Of a stretch of DNA of 64,000 bases, positions 1-12,759 are shown piece after piece. The stretch is taken from positions 23,107-87,106 of the forward strand of contig CBFFRP010000437.1 of NCBI GenBank assembly GCA_965644295.1. Reading direction: 5' to 3'. The notes beneath the pieces were generated by a model, which searched no databases, was not told the origin of the DNA, and saw only the letters and a program-made list of their open reading frames with translations. Position numbers and translations under genes: made by a program. Each line of letters opens with the position of its first letter. The first letter of the stretch is position 1. This DNA comes from Paraphysomonas bandaiensis. Taxonomy: Eukaryota > Protista > Chrysophyceae.

Positions 1-2387
1 GTTCATGCAGAGAGTTTAAAATAATGAGTATAATCCAATCGATAGACCATAGATAGCTCATGGCCTAATTGTAGAATGTATTCCTACAACTGGTTATGTT
101 TATGCTTGTAACTAATAGTTTCTAATTTTCTTACACATAGTTGTCAGAAGTGCAATTACATCATAACATACATGCAGTTGTCAGCAGAACAATGTGGACT
201 ACTATAGCTCATTAAGAAAAATTACCGATAGTATCTCAGCAAGATGTTCAAATGTTAATTAATGACAATAAACTCACTAGATATATTCTCATGGATATTG
301 AACTTTACGAAGGCTAAAAATCCCATTGCCATTGGTACATATGGGGCAGGGTCATGAAGGGGTGTATTATTCAGAATGGCTGAGTTATCTAGTGACACCA
401 ATGTTGGAATAAATTTGAGTAGATAAAAATCTCGTCATAAAAATTTGAAATCAACTATGACCAAGGTACTGGGTCCCGGAATGCGCTGGCACACACAGGC
501 GTTCTTCTAGTTTCCCGATTTAAATAGCCATTATGTTGATGAATTTAATGTTGATGAAGAACTTGACATCAATTTTGCTAAACAAAAATATATCGCGGGT
601 GAAGCACAACACAGTTATAGCGTAGGGGTAGTAGCGGTCGTTTGTCCCAAACCACCGTCAGTTTTTGACAAAAGCAATATATATATAAACTTTACGCTTT
701 TGGTCATGTACTAAATTTTCTGAACTACATAATATTATATATACTAAGGTGCCTGTATTACTGTGATTAGTATCCTTTTAATGTGAGTGAGTTCAATTTA
801 TTGTATCTGTTTATACATCTATCTGTCAGGTTAAATTTATTGTTTATTACTTAAAACATAAAACGTGTCAATAAAGCTTTTGCATATCTCATTTCTTCCT
901 GTAGATTCAATAAAAGTTCCTCTTGACGCTTCTAGAAGTCTCAAGTTGTTAACACGAGTGACACCCAACAATAAATGACAGACGCTTTCCAATATATCAC
1001 GATTTCACAATTACAAGTCTCAATGCACGATCGTGCTGACGTAGAAGCGACTTTGATGAGATGACATAAGGTAAATTTTGAAAAGTTTATAACAAATATC
1101 ATAGCAGGTGTAAAAAAGAAAAGTTTATAATGACAATATTAGTTTGAGCAAGGTCGTTAGGGCATAAGTAATTTACAGAAAGATTCCCTAGCATATATAA
1201 GGCAATATATACTTGTATATACAGTTACCTTGACATTCCTCTAACATATTCCCTACTAATACAGATAAATATGTCTGTAATTATTATTTCATATTCACCG
1301 AAGGACACAGGCCTAGTAGTGATCCCTCCCGTAACAACAATTCGTGTATTTCAGGATTTCCCACCTCCTCTTAAGCTTTTTTTACTAAATAGGGCTACAA
1401 CAGCAAGTCGAGCCTCACTCTTCTGTGGGAGTGGCATGACGACATGGGTTCTTGTGTTACAACATGTTAGACATATGTATATAAAATATTATATATAGTA
1501 ACTTCTTCCCTCCATCATGTGACTCAATTACGTTAATAGCAACAAAAACAAGTTCTAATTGACACAGAGAGAAACAACCACATAATATGAATCAAGTGTT
1601 CCTGTAAAAATTTGGAGCTGCAAAATATTTAGTGACAACATACTACTGGGCTGACATCTTCCTCAAAATCATATATTTTTGGTGCGTACCTGTAAGTGAT
1701 ACCTATACATTTTAAATTTTAATAAACACACTATTCGCCCATATATAACGTAAAAAAATGTTTTATATGTTCGGGGTTAGTGCGTGTTCTTGTTGTACAG
1801 TTGGGCTTTCTAATTGCTTTACATTGATACTTGTAGCCCCTATGTAGTAGTTTTCTATGACTTTTAAAAAGTGAAATTTAAGCCAGACAAGACAACTGCA
1901 TTGAGAGAATAAATGGTCTACTGGCTTACCTAGATCTCTCAATTTTTCTGTTCCTTTTCATCGTAGTTGCTGAATGTCCCCCCCCCTGACCCCTGAGCAC
2001 TTAGGCAGCAGTAAGAACTTACTCTAATGACCTTTCTGAAATGTGTAACACAATTAATGACTAGGCTTTAAACTATATGTCGACTAGCTATTTGCATCAT
2101 TTATTAGTTATTAACTACATAAGTGTTAATCAAAGATATAGGGCTACGTTTAAGTAAGCTTTCTACGCGGTCAAAGATACTTCAATAACTACCCCCAAAT
2201 TCTACACAAACTTTACCGATATGCTGTTTTCTATCACATGCACACAATACTTCATTTATGCTGATGATATGCTGATGTATGATGTACCACCAAACAAATT
2301 AAACATTACTTAAACGGAAAACACATAACGGAATCTGTAGTTTTGTACATGAACACGACACAACACCATTATACAGACACAATACCA

Positions 2388-3248
2388 TTATACAGAGTGG
2401 TTATCAAGTAAGCATTTCGGAACGTATTTACACCTTAATGATTGAAAATTCGAAGAAGTAGGTTTTCCATCACTACCTTGTAGAACAGAGTTGGCACTAC
2501 ATATATCAACTGAGGTTTCACGACTGGAACTGCTACTATTCGAATGGTAAGCTTCATCATCAGTATGTAAGCGTACCGATTCTTCAATATTCACTAAGTC
2601 ATGATGATCACTCTCGCCGCCACTTACAAATGGTACATACTCGTCTGCTGACAAAGACCCCCCGTCAGCCACAGTTGAGACAGGATAATGATACGCGATG
2701 GGTTCAACCTTGGATGTGTCATGTATAAAGCGACACCCTTCTCCCTTTCTGCATACCCCTCTGGTGGAGAAAAACACACACTCTCCAAGAATAGAGTGAG
2801 ATGAAGAAATATCCGTTTCCTCAGACGAAGATGTAGGTTTTGCAGAAACTGGTGTAGCGTTGGGAGGCGTGTTGCTGTCACGGGGAAGGACAAGTCGATG
2901 ACGTTTGAGTATCTTTGCTCGGGCATCGTTCATAATCCTCTCCCTCGCTATTGACCTCATATTCGCAGATGATTTCGCACCACTTTTGTGATGTTTTGAT
3001 GATGGAGTATACATTACAGAGCTATTTGTCGGTGTAGCGTACAATTGTCGTTTATTACGAGTCGTAATATTTGTATTACGCGAGTAATGACTCCTCGACC
3101 TCTTTTTCTTTGCCACAGGAGGATGATAGGCGATATTACAGGCATCTTGCTGCTGCTTTGACGAGAGATCTCTTAAATTTTGATGTAATTTTTCTATTTG
3201 AGTTTTGAGTTTTTCTTTTTCATGAATTATTTTCTTTTGTTGGCTCAT
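2388..3248 (-). CDS. CCCH-type zinc-finger protein with N-terminal coiled coil and low-complexity Ser-rich regions
   Basis: 286-aa ORF containing C-x8-C-x5-C-x3-H (CVFFSTRGVCRKGEGCRFIH) and a basic stretch (KKKRSR). An upstream exon cannot be excluded. Confidence 0.75.
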   Translation of the reverse strand: MSQQKKIIHEKEKLKTQIEKLHQNLRDLSSKQQQDACNIAYHPPVAKKKRSRSHYSRNTNITTRNKRQLYATPTNSSVMYTPSSKHHKSGAKSSANMRSIARERIMNDARAKILKRHRLVLPRDSNTPPNATPVSAKPTSSSEETDISSSHSILGECVFFSTRGVCRKGEGCRFIHDTSKVEPIAYHYPVSTVADGGSLSADEYVPFVSGGESDHHDLVNIEESVRLHTDDEAYHSNSSSSSRETSVDICSANSVLQGSDGKPTSSNFQSLRCKYVPKCLLDNHSV

Positions 3249-3747
3249 TATTGAGATATATGACGATGGGTAAGTGTAAATGGTTAGGAATATTGATGGA
3301 ATAGATCATGGATTGAGTCCGTGTTGATGCTGGGATTGTGTGTGTACCTGTCTACTATACAAACTGTACCGGTGTACTCTTTCCTATGTCGTACAAATAC
3401 TCTGGGGGTGTTTTTTTTTATTAAAGTGTGTATTTATTGCTCAATGCACATATGATTCAGTCACACGACTTTCCTCATCACTCAATCACGTTATATACTT
3501 GTTTATTCGACACAGCATACAGGCTATTAAAAGAAAGGACACATTCCCATCAGAGGTAATCTTAGAATGTGATTCAATATCCAATAACTTGATACTGCTT
3601 CAATGCAAAGAGCACACGTTGTATGTAGCGAAATGCATGTATATCATTGTCAGAATATTATGAACGCACTATTTATTACAATGCCTAACACACAAGAAAG
3701 AAACAATGTATTGCTCGCACTATATTAGCGATGCACATATGATTCAG

Positions 3748-4220
3748 CAGGGATAGGAAAAAATATATTGCAATACTATAGTTAGATAACGTTCCATCAA
3801 TAGTATTGATGGAGTTTTTAAACCGGCCCTACAATACTATTGCAATATGTTAGTATGACTAATCAGTAAGTAAACACATCCGTAGTTTCCATTTTTAGTA
3901 CTTGTCATTATAAGGTCTATGGTCGCTTGATAATCAAACCCACTACTCTTAACTAATTAAAAGTTTTCTCATACTCATCCTCTGAGCTCTGAGCCATTAT
4001 CGGTGACATCATCATCACCATATTCACCCCTTATTAATTGAAATATGCTTGCATCTGGCCACAACTGTCGGTTAGCTTTCAGAAACAACAGTATATTAAG
4101 TGTAGTAACCTGATATTGTTTATTGAAATACTGTTGTTAGATAGCGTCTCACCAATAATATTGATGGAGCTTCTAAGCCGACCCAACAATACTATAGTAA
4201 TATATTGTTCCCTAGCCCTG
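3748..4220. mobile_element. Non-autonomous hAT-type element (family A), short decayed copy
   Basis: Begins CAGGGATAGGAAAAAATATATTG and ends AATATATTGTTCCCTAGCCCTG. Subterminal and internal sequence match the intact copy at 41262-42040. No TSD visible. Confidence 0.75.
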
Positions 4221-4462
4221 GTTCCAATGTACTATATATTTGCTCCTCAACTAGTTGTACCACTAGGACTTTGCTCACGTATTGAAGTATTTACAACCAG
4301 TTGAAATCGTCTCATTAAAATAATCACACTTGTGTGACGGCACTAATCTATCGTAGCGATAGTAAAAAGTACAAACCATACTTCGTAGTACGTTATTTTA
4401 GCGTCCAATGAATCACAACGTAAGTATCACACGTAATGTTGGCCTCATACAACACCAATTCA

Positions 4463-5995
4463 CTAAGAGCTAGCAGCAGACACAACTTGTAGCACAGCTT
4501 CCTTTGCCTTGAGCATAACTGCTTCATTTTCATTGCTTACAATAACACGTCTTTTGCCATTGACCTCGGTCCTACCCACTCTGATCTTACACCCAGTCTC
4601 AGTCATGAGGTCTCGCAGACCCTGCCCTCCCCGTCCAATCAATGCCCCAGCTTTGTCCTTGGGGATAAAGAAACCCACCTCATCCTCCCGCGGCAGCCGA
4701 TCTTCTTCTTGGTGTGGTTGGTGGTTTCTTGGCCGTGAAGGGGCAAGAGGGGGAGTATACGCAGTGTACGGAGAAGGCATTGGAGCATATGCAGAGTTAT
4801 CAGCATAGTTTCCCAGGGGTGATCCATGAGTAGGACCGCGCTGCAGAGACGGTCGGGTGTCCACAACCTGGAGGTCCAGTCCCATCTATGTACCATGAGA
4901 GCACATCTCCAAAATATAATAACAAACCTGAACTAGGTAAGACTGGAGCTCTCTGAGTCGACTGACAACATCTCCATGTAGACCAAGACTTGGCAAGGAG
5001 GAAAATGGGACTGTGACAGGCATGGGTGCGGATAAAAATCCAGGTGGGGGAGCCTGAGAAGGGATGGGAAGCGGATCATATGGTCGCTGGTGCTCGTAAA
5101 ACATCTCCAGGATATTATAATGAGTTCTAAATACATGACCATATGTGAATTGTGTCTGTAGTTTATGACAGGTCGAAAACACCTTACCTTCTAATGGCCG
5201 ACAGTGTACCTTCAATAGCAAGATCACGCAACTGAATACCACCAACATCCTGCATCAGTAAAAATGTCAAATCATTGTAGTGGTGATGCAAAATCAGATA
5301 CGGAAATGGGAGAAAGATATATTTACTTCAATGTACCTCAGCATCTTTGTTCATTCGTAAATTTAATGCCCCGCTCCTGTTCTTGAGACTCATTATGTTG
5401 CTTCCCTGGCGAAATAACATTTAAACATGCTTCTAACTGGCGAAATAACAAACTGGATAAAGCACACATACTTTGGCTCCAACTACGCGACCAGCCTTAG
5501 AATGCTCTATCATGAGGTGGATAGTCAAAATATCGTTTCCGCCACATCCCGAAAACATAATATCAGAAACATGGTCGAATGCATCACACACTTGCAAAAA
5601 CTTTCCCGATATTACAACCTATAAAACATAAAACACCACAAGCACTGATACAACTGACACTCACCAATCTTTTGTCTTCGTTAATGTCTGATCCCTTTAT
5701 ATTAACCCCACACTTGGACTGGACAAGGAAATACACGAGTTAAGACATACGATTAAATTAGTCCCTCCCTACCCGTATATTCGTTACAGTTTGCCCCCCC
5801 TTGCCAATAATCTTCCCAAAATCTGTTGGTGAAACACTCAACCGAGAAAATATCTCACCATCTGTGCTGTCGCCTAATATTATCACACAGATCCTGTTAG
5901 ACTAATAGATCATAGACATAGGCTGTATCACAACCTGGGCGATGCCTCTTTTTGCCGATAGAATCTTGCATATCATAACCTCGTCGGTCGTCCAT
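4463..5995 (-). CDS. Multi-exon triple-KH-domain RNA-binding protein (hnRNP K/PCBP/Nova-like architecture)
   Basis: Manual splicing from ATG at 5995 (MDDRRGYDMQ...). KH GxxG loops at FGKIIGKGG (~5800), AGRVVGAK-G (~5480) and AGALIGRGG (~4640). Short GT-AG introns. Stop at 4463. Confidence 0.85.
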
Positions 5996-6059
5996 GTTGA
6001 TTGACGCGCACAAGTACAATATATATCATATCACCCCAGAATCCAGTGAGGAGATGGTC

Positions 6060-6832
6060 GTGTATGTATGTATGTATGTATGTATGTATGTAGGTAGGTA
6101 GGTAGGTATGTATGTATGTATGTATGTATGTATGTATGTATGTATGTATGTATGTATGTATGTATGTATGTATGTATGTATGTATGTATGTATGTATGTA
6201 TGTATGTATGTATGTATGTATGTATGTATGTATGTATGTATGTATGTATGTATGTATGTATGTATGTATGTATGTATGTATGTATGTATGTATGTATGTA
6301 TGTATGTATGTATAGGTATGTATGTATGTATGTATGTATGTATGTATGTATGTATGTATGTATGTATGTATGTATGTATGTATGTATGTATGTATGTATG
6401 TATGTATGTATGTATGTATGTATGTATGTATGTATGTATGTATGTATGTATGTATGTATGTATGTATGTATGTATGTATGTATGTATGTATGTATGTATG
6501 TATGTATGTATGTATGTATGTATGTATGTATGTATGTATGTATGTATGTATGTATGTATGTATGTATGTGTATGTATGTATGTATGTATGTATGTATGTA
6601 TGTATGTAGGTAGGTAGGTAGGTAGGTAGGTAGGTAGGTAGGTAGGTAGGTAGGTAGGTAGGTAGGTAGGTAGGTAGGTAGGTAGGTATGTATGTATGTA
6701 TGTATGTATGTATGTATGTATGTATGTATGTATGTATGTATGTATGAATGTATGTAGGTATGTAGGTATGTAGGTATGTATGTATGTATGTATGTATGTA
6801 TGTAGGTAGGTAGGTAGGTAGGTAGGTAGGTA
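6060..6832. repeat. Compound tetranucleotide microsatellite (TATG)n with (TAGG)n blocks, ~770 bp
   Basis: Directly visible. It accounts for the MYVC/YIHT ORFs. Confidence 0.98.
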
Positions 6833-6888
6833 CTATCGTAGGACCTACATATCATTTAAGATTCGGGCCTGGTCTGTATCAAACACAA

Positions 6889-9800
6889 ATGGCTCTTCTC
6901 CTCCTCTTGTTTTCCCTCTACTCCCTTCCAACTCACTCCCTCTCTGTCCATGATCTCTATCGTCACGCCTTCGGTGCCGATAAATACTCCACTCACTTTA
7001 CAGATGAAACATCATTTTCAAGAGCTCTGGAGAACAACATCTCCTCTCCCGGCACCACTATTCTCTGCTCAGGTATTCCCTTTGTATTTACCTCGTCGAT
7101 TACATTATTCATTACACTTTAATGTAGACTACAACAGTGGATATGTCGTGCATAGTGCCCTCGCAGCAGTGAGCGGGGGCAGTGTGCACACATTATACAC
7201 GAGCTCCAAACACGATACCACATGCTTCATCATGTATCAAGAACGCGATTTGACTTTGATGGAACTTCTGGGTATATCTGCTACTCGAATTAGGTGAAGT
7301 GTTGTTCTATTATAGCGCTGAATTACTTACGTGTCGTAGGCTTGTCTCTCGTATACCGTGGCAAATGAAGATTCATCACTCTGCAATGTATCACCTTGGG
7401 ATGACTGCTGGAACAGAGATACATCGAGTATTGTCTGATCAATTTCGAAGTCCTGAACCACTTAATATGGAAGAGGCGTCTCTAATGGTTTCTGTTGGGG
7501 TCGGGTCACATACAGAAGGCTTGAAATCAGTTGATTATACAAGAGAGTCTCTTCTACGTATTCTGTCCTCATCTCATCCGTCGGACCATCTCCAACGTGT
7601 GACCTCTCAGTCGGTGTACCGGGCTTTTACGAAACCTTCTAACTCACCAGAAAGCATTTGGGTAAACGCTGCAGCGGAGGCTAGGTCGGCGAAGGGCGGT
7701 CCAGATGACGATGCTTGTGATCTGACTAATTTAGATATGACTTCAGATGATACTGGCTCGATTCTTATCAAGAATTTGCACCGTATTCATGTTAATGCGG
7801 GAGCGGTTCACGCTCAAAATGATAGCCCGTTACTTACACCTGGTAGGGGACACTTATCTCCACAGGCCTGTTTTGCGAGTCTTTTGGCCGCAGTCGCAAG
7901 TGACCCCAATGTGATCGACATTCGCCTTCGAGGTCCTCGAAAGGTCATGAATCGTAACGGGAAGGGAATTGTTCAAACAAATTCCCAAACCGCCTCGTAT
8001 CCGTACCTTGATGCAGGATTAAATGGTGAAGGACAGGTTGTAGGTGTGGGTGATAGCGGTGTGGATGAGCTGTCTTGGTAAGTCCCATTTTTGTGTGCTC
8101 TCATATGGTTTCATAGTTTCTATGCACAGCTTCTTTGCAAACAGTGATTTATCTCTAGTTGCAAGGAGTTCATACAAGAACCCTACCCATGACAACAGCA
8201 AACGTGTTGTGATTCAGTACGTCAATTACATGGGGAATTCGGATGTCGAAGGAGGTATATTGATGTTCTGTCTGTATCTCAAGTATAAGTGTATGTCCAA
8301 ATAGGACATGGAACTCATGTGTGTGGAACTGTGGCTGGAAGCAATGGTGATGATGATTACAATGGCCACGCAAGTTCTGCAAAAATCGCGTTTTTTGGTA
8401 GGCACATTTGTTAGCAAATATATCCCCAACTAACGTGATAGTATTAGACATGTCTCGAGATGGAAACTATATCTTTTATCCCAGCCCTCTTTCAAAGAAT
8501 GTCTTTGATGCCGCGTATTCTGCTGGTGCTAAGCTTCACAGCAATTCATGGGGTTCCGACTCGAATCAGTATGACACTGAATGCTTGGATATAGATGCTT
8601 ATCATGTCAATACTCCGGACTTCCTGGCAATATTCGCAGCCGGAAATGCGGTACAATTTCCCCCGTTTTGCATACAATGCTAACTCTCTTACTGAAAAGG
8701 GTGAAGGAGGATATTATACTTTGGGGAACCCTGCTGTCTCGAAGAATGCCCTTGCAGTTGGGGCCAGCATGAGTAGTCCGGCGACCTTTATCGACAATAT
8801 TGCTTACTTTAGCTCTCTTGGACCGGTAAGTAATCATATGTATTCATTACCGAGTAAATGACTGACCCTTCTGTAGTCTTTTGATGGGCGAATTAAGGTA
8901 ACATAGGGATCCCTCTGTTCTCTGTATATATCAATTTTATTTTTCGACAGCCAGATGTGGTTGCACCAGGATATGCCACGTATTCCGCTTATGCTAGCGG
9001 GTCCGCCTCAACATCGTGCTCGTATATCGCAATGTCAGGTTGGTGTATCGTATATCCTGCAGTTGTTATTGAAAATGATATACGATCAGGGACTTCTATG
9101 GCAACACCTGCGGTTACTGGAAATGCGGCACTTATACGACAGTATTTTGAAGACAACGATTTCTGGGCATCAATATGCGATTCGTCGTATACTTCGTGCG
9201 GTGCATTTTCTCCTCTTGGCGCGACAGTAAAGGCTGTTCTCATTCACTCTGGAGAAGCGATGCTGCAATACTACTCCATTGGAGCTACAACCGAACCTAC
9301 TGCCTTGTTGACCAGCCCTCCAGACAGCTATCAAGGCTTTGGCAGAGTGTCGCTCATGAATGTGTTGCCTTATCCAGGAATAGAGGATGTCATCGATCTC
9401 TTTGTAGAGGAGCTCACGGTAGTCTCACTTCAGAGGGTATCGTACACAGTCCAGCTTTCAGATTCCTCGAGACCTCTCAAGGCTACGGTTGTTTGGTGCG
9501 CGCTTGTCATAGTCATTGATACCATAATCTCTTGTATAGGATGGATCCCCCGAACACTGTGGCATCAGCTAAACTTTTGTTACACGATATTGATCTGACA
9601 GTGACTGCTCCAGACGGCACAGTGTATTATGGAAATGGTGTTGCCGGAGATGAGGTCAACAATGTAGAGCAGGTGTCAGTTTCGAGCCCTGTATCCGGCA
9701 CATATACAGTGTCCATTACGTGTAAAGTATTATCACAGTCGATCTCTCAGTCAGTATCAGTGGTGATAACATCGGCAGGATCAGTAACTGGGCAAACTAC

Positions 9801-10763
9801 TTCTGTGGTATCTTCTTCCTTTGTATCCAACGAACTTGGGTGTTCAAGTAACGAAAAGATGGTCACAGTTTACCTCATGGATAATGGTTCGTGTGTGTGT
9901 TTCAGTATATTAGTATTTATGTCTATCGAGCAGGGGGTGATGGGTGGGGCAATGGAAATTCCTTCGAGATTGTTGACTCCACTGGTACTACTATTGAAAC
10001 GGCTAGCATGACAGGATCTACGAATGATGACTCATTTTCCGTGCACAACTTCTGTCTTGACGACGACGAAACGTATACGGCTCGATTGCTTACAAGTGGC
10101 AGCAAGAGTAAGGAAATGGGGGTTGATATTCCGCAGTGCTCTATCTATCTCAGCCGATGGCAGTCGGAGGATACCCTTACGCTCAACTCAGGGACTTGCA
10201 ACCAGTGTACATCGTATAACCTAGGCGTCACTCTTGTGGGTCCCACGTCCGGAGTACCCTATGGGTGGAAAGACACATCGAAGTATATCGTTGTTGATGG
10301 AGCGACTGGAAATGGTACAACGATTATGGAGGGGACCTTGGTGACAGGGATTCTGAGTACTCGGGATTTCTGTTTGCCTAATGGGCAGTATGTTGTGGAG
10401 TTCAATGACGTTCCTGTAAGTATTATTAGATGCCTATAACTTGTAATGTTATGCCTTCCTTAGGAATCTGACGACTTTGAAGGTGGCAGTGACGGGGTGG
10501 ATTCGTACAGAATTGCCCTGACAAATTGTAACTCAGCAGTGAGAGATAATGATGAGTTATTTGATGATGACGTGTACCCGGTTCCTATGATTCCTCCGGG
10601 TGGCTCTTTCACAATAACTCTATCATCTTCCGAATGTACCTACGAAATAACCGGTGATAATGTTGCTGATAGTTCAGGGTCAGCCAGAGTGTTACCAAGC
10701 ATGCAAGTGATTTTGCTGATATCAGGACTTCTGACAACTGCTCTGCTACTTGTGTTTGTCTAA
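6889..10763 (+). CDS. Multi-exon S8 subtilisin-like serine protease (KP-43/TagC-like) with signal peptide, C-terminal beta domains and C-terminal hydrophobic anchor
   Basis: Signal peptide MALLLLLFSLYSL. Catalytic motifs VGVGDSG, GHGTHVCGT (~8305), AAGN, GTSMATP. Also GFGRV and DIDL...NNVEQV. Ends ILLISGLLTTALLLVFV. Confidence 0.92.
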
Positions 10764-11187
10764 GTAACAACCTCTGTGATTAATGCCTATTGTTAAAAAG
10801 TGTACGTCACTTTCGAATACCACAGTGTGGTCTAAATGAAAGTTGCGAAAATTAGAAAATGCAGAATAATGTCATTAGATATTTTAGTATGATGATATAC
10901 ATTGGACAGCAGAAGAGGTTGTACGAGATACGTTGATAACGTATTCTTAAGGCGTGAAATGTTAATAAGTATGAATAATGAAAATGCTTTTGGATACATA
11001 GCAAATTCACGATATATTTTTTATACACTATGACACAATGATGTTAGATACTATTTTATCACTGAAGTTTACCTTGCTCAACACGTAAACCTTTAACTTG
11101 CTTCTTGTTGCGCACAACGTACTTTCTTTCATGAAAAAAGAATCAAAATCATTAATATCAATACTACTTCTAAACATATATATTCAT

Positions 11188-11445
11188 CCGGGCCAGTCAA
11201 CAATATAATATATATATTGCCAGCAAAAAATAAAAAATAATAATAACATTTCAAGACCAATATAAATTAATAGTAACTAGTTAGTAGAGGTTACGAGGTT
11301 ACAACATTACGATGAAAATCCAATAACAATGCACCAACTAGTACTCTAAGTGTTCCAACTCGTTGTCGCTGTCGTCCTCATCGGACGGTCCATCATCGAT
11401 GACCTGTTGCACTGTCTTTGCGGTTTACAAGTAGTGCTTGTTTGA
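11188..11445 (-). mobile_element. hAT family B right-end fragment, inverted relative to 13435-13738
   Basis: CCGGGCCAGTCAACAATATA TIR variant plus ~250 bp that is reverse-complementary to 13435-13610 and to 24555-24627. Confidence 0.7.
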
Positions 11446-11569
11446 TTTGCTTCGTTGAATAGCAAACACCAAACTGATAGGGTTTGTTGTCTCCTTTTGC
11501 TTAATACTAATAACTACTACACAAAACAGAATAGCTTTTAAAACATTATTTTTTCTACATATAAGTACT

Positions 11570-11892
11570 GTGGGATAAGTACCGGAGGTATTTCTCCGGG
11601 AAACTAACATCATGAGCCACATATATGTAGTCAACAGATAATACTCTGCCCACTCATATATAATAGTCAAATGCTTGTGTGGTACAAGGGACACTAACAA
11701 GTGTCACTTGTGTAGAAGTCTTTGAGCGTTGACAAATAAACACAGGCATCTGGAGTTGTGGGATGCCTACTGAAGTCAAGCATCCGGATTAGTTCACCTT
11801 GAGGACAGTGAGCGAAAGTGGTTGCACCTTGTTGGTGCTTGCGGTGACGCACAAGTAGCTTTCTTCGTAGCGCCAAAAATATAGTAGGATAT
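11570..11892 (+). mobile_element. SINE-like dispersed repeat ending in a LINE-type stem-loop
   Basis: Reverse-complement homologue of 18447-18792. Ends GTTGCACC..GGTGCTTGCG-GTGA-CGCACAAGT, similar to the motif at the LINE 3' end (51686-51730). Confidence 0.55.
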
Positions 11893-12039
11893 ATATCAAA
11901 GTTAAGCTCTAGTTAGTAAATTACTTTTTGCTACATTAGTTTTCTGACTCTTATACGCCTATATTGGTAATAATCAGACATTCACAACTATGATGATAGT
12001 ATTATAGTACAATATATATTACGAAGTGCTATCTATACT

Positions 12040-12250
12040 TACAAGAGCGATAATCAACTAAACTTCTGGTACGTTTACCAGTAATAATAGAAGCAGAATG
12101 AACTGTACCTGCGTCTACCCACTCCTTAGTGGCTGGGTTTTCCTGGATATAAAAATCCACCTCGGAATATTGTCTCTTCTACTGGAGGGGATATATATTA
12201 TGAGGCTTATCCTGGCGGGCTACATTAAATATTAGGTACAGTACACAAAC
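12040..12250. repeat. Diverged dispersed repeat, homologous to 38200-38400; probably a TE remnant
   Basis: Shared blocks CTACCCAC..CCACCTCGGA..ACTGGA..TATGAGGCTTA..GGGCTAC..AATATTAGGTACA. Confidence 0.6.
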
Positions 12251-12759
12251 AAGCATATATATAAAGTATACCAGATGCAAGCGAAAGTATTTGGAGCACA
12301 TCCTCCCTACAAGTGGCGCCACATCTCATCATCATCATTGACAACATGGACAATACCACGCATCCTAGAGTGACAATACCATAATCATCAGACAGACGAT
12401 GATGAGTCCACCTCTTGTTGACCTGATTGTACAGATATAAACATGGCATAATAATATAATATATTTACAACACAACAACATACCAGATTGATACTTCTGA
12501 GGCATTGACGATTATATCACCACAATCCCATCCCTCCTCCCTCCTCCTGGCATCAAGCCTCGCCTTCTTTGCACGTGCTTCTTTTCTTTCAACATTCGTC
12601 TTCTTCCTCACTGCACGCTGCTCTTCTCTGCCGGGGTATACATTGGGCAGGACTCCGACCATATCGGTGGGTGTAGAACCATCACAGTTCCGGAAGACAA
12701 TACATATGTCGAATAATATGGAAGTCGAAAAGAACTTTCTTATAGTGTTGGATTGCAAT

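Noticed and set aside
1-2380. Possible gene or TE in the first 2.4 kb, including ORF 1271-1498
   Set aside because: AT-rich, with no recognisable motif, TIR pair or splice-consistent coding frame.
3731-3747. 17-bp direct repeat ATGCACATATGATTCAG (also at 3444-3460) as the TSD of the hAT copy
   Set aside because: Both copies lie on the same side of the element, and the right flank does not match.
6605-6690. (TAGG)n as a telomeric repeat
   Set aside because: It is a one-base variant embedded in the TATG array, internal and flanked by genes, and is not a TTAGGG/TTTAGGG-type unit.
6031-6855. ORFs encoding YIHT/MYVC repeats
   Set aside because: Artefacts of a stop-free tetranucleotide microsatellite that is open in most frames.
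6889-10763. Fragmented ORFs as evidence of stop-codon reassignment or pseudogenes
   Set aside because: The breaks coincide with short canonical GT-AG introns.
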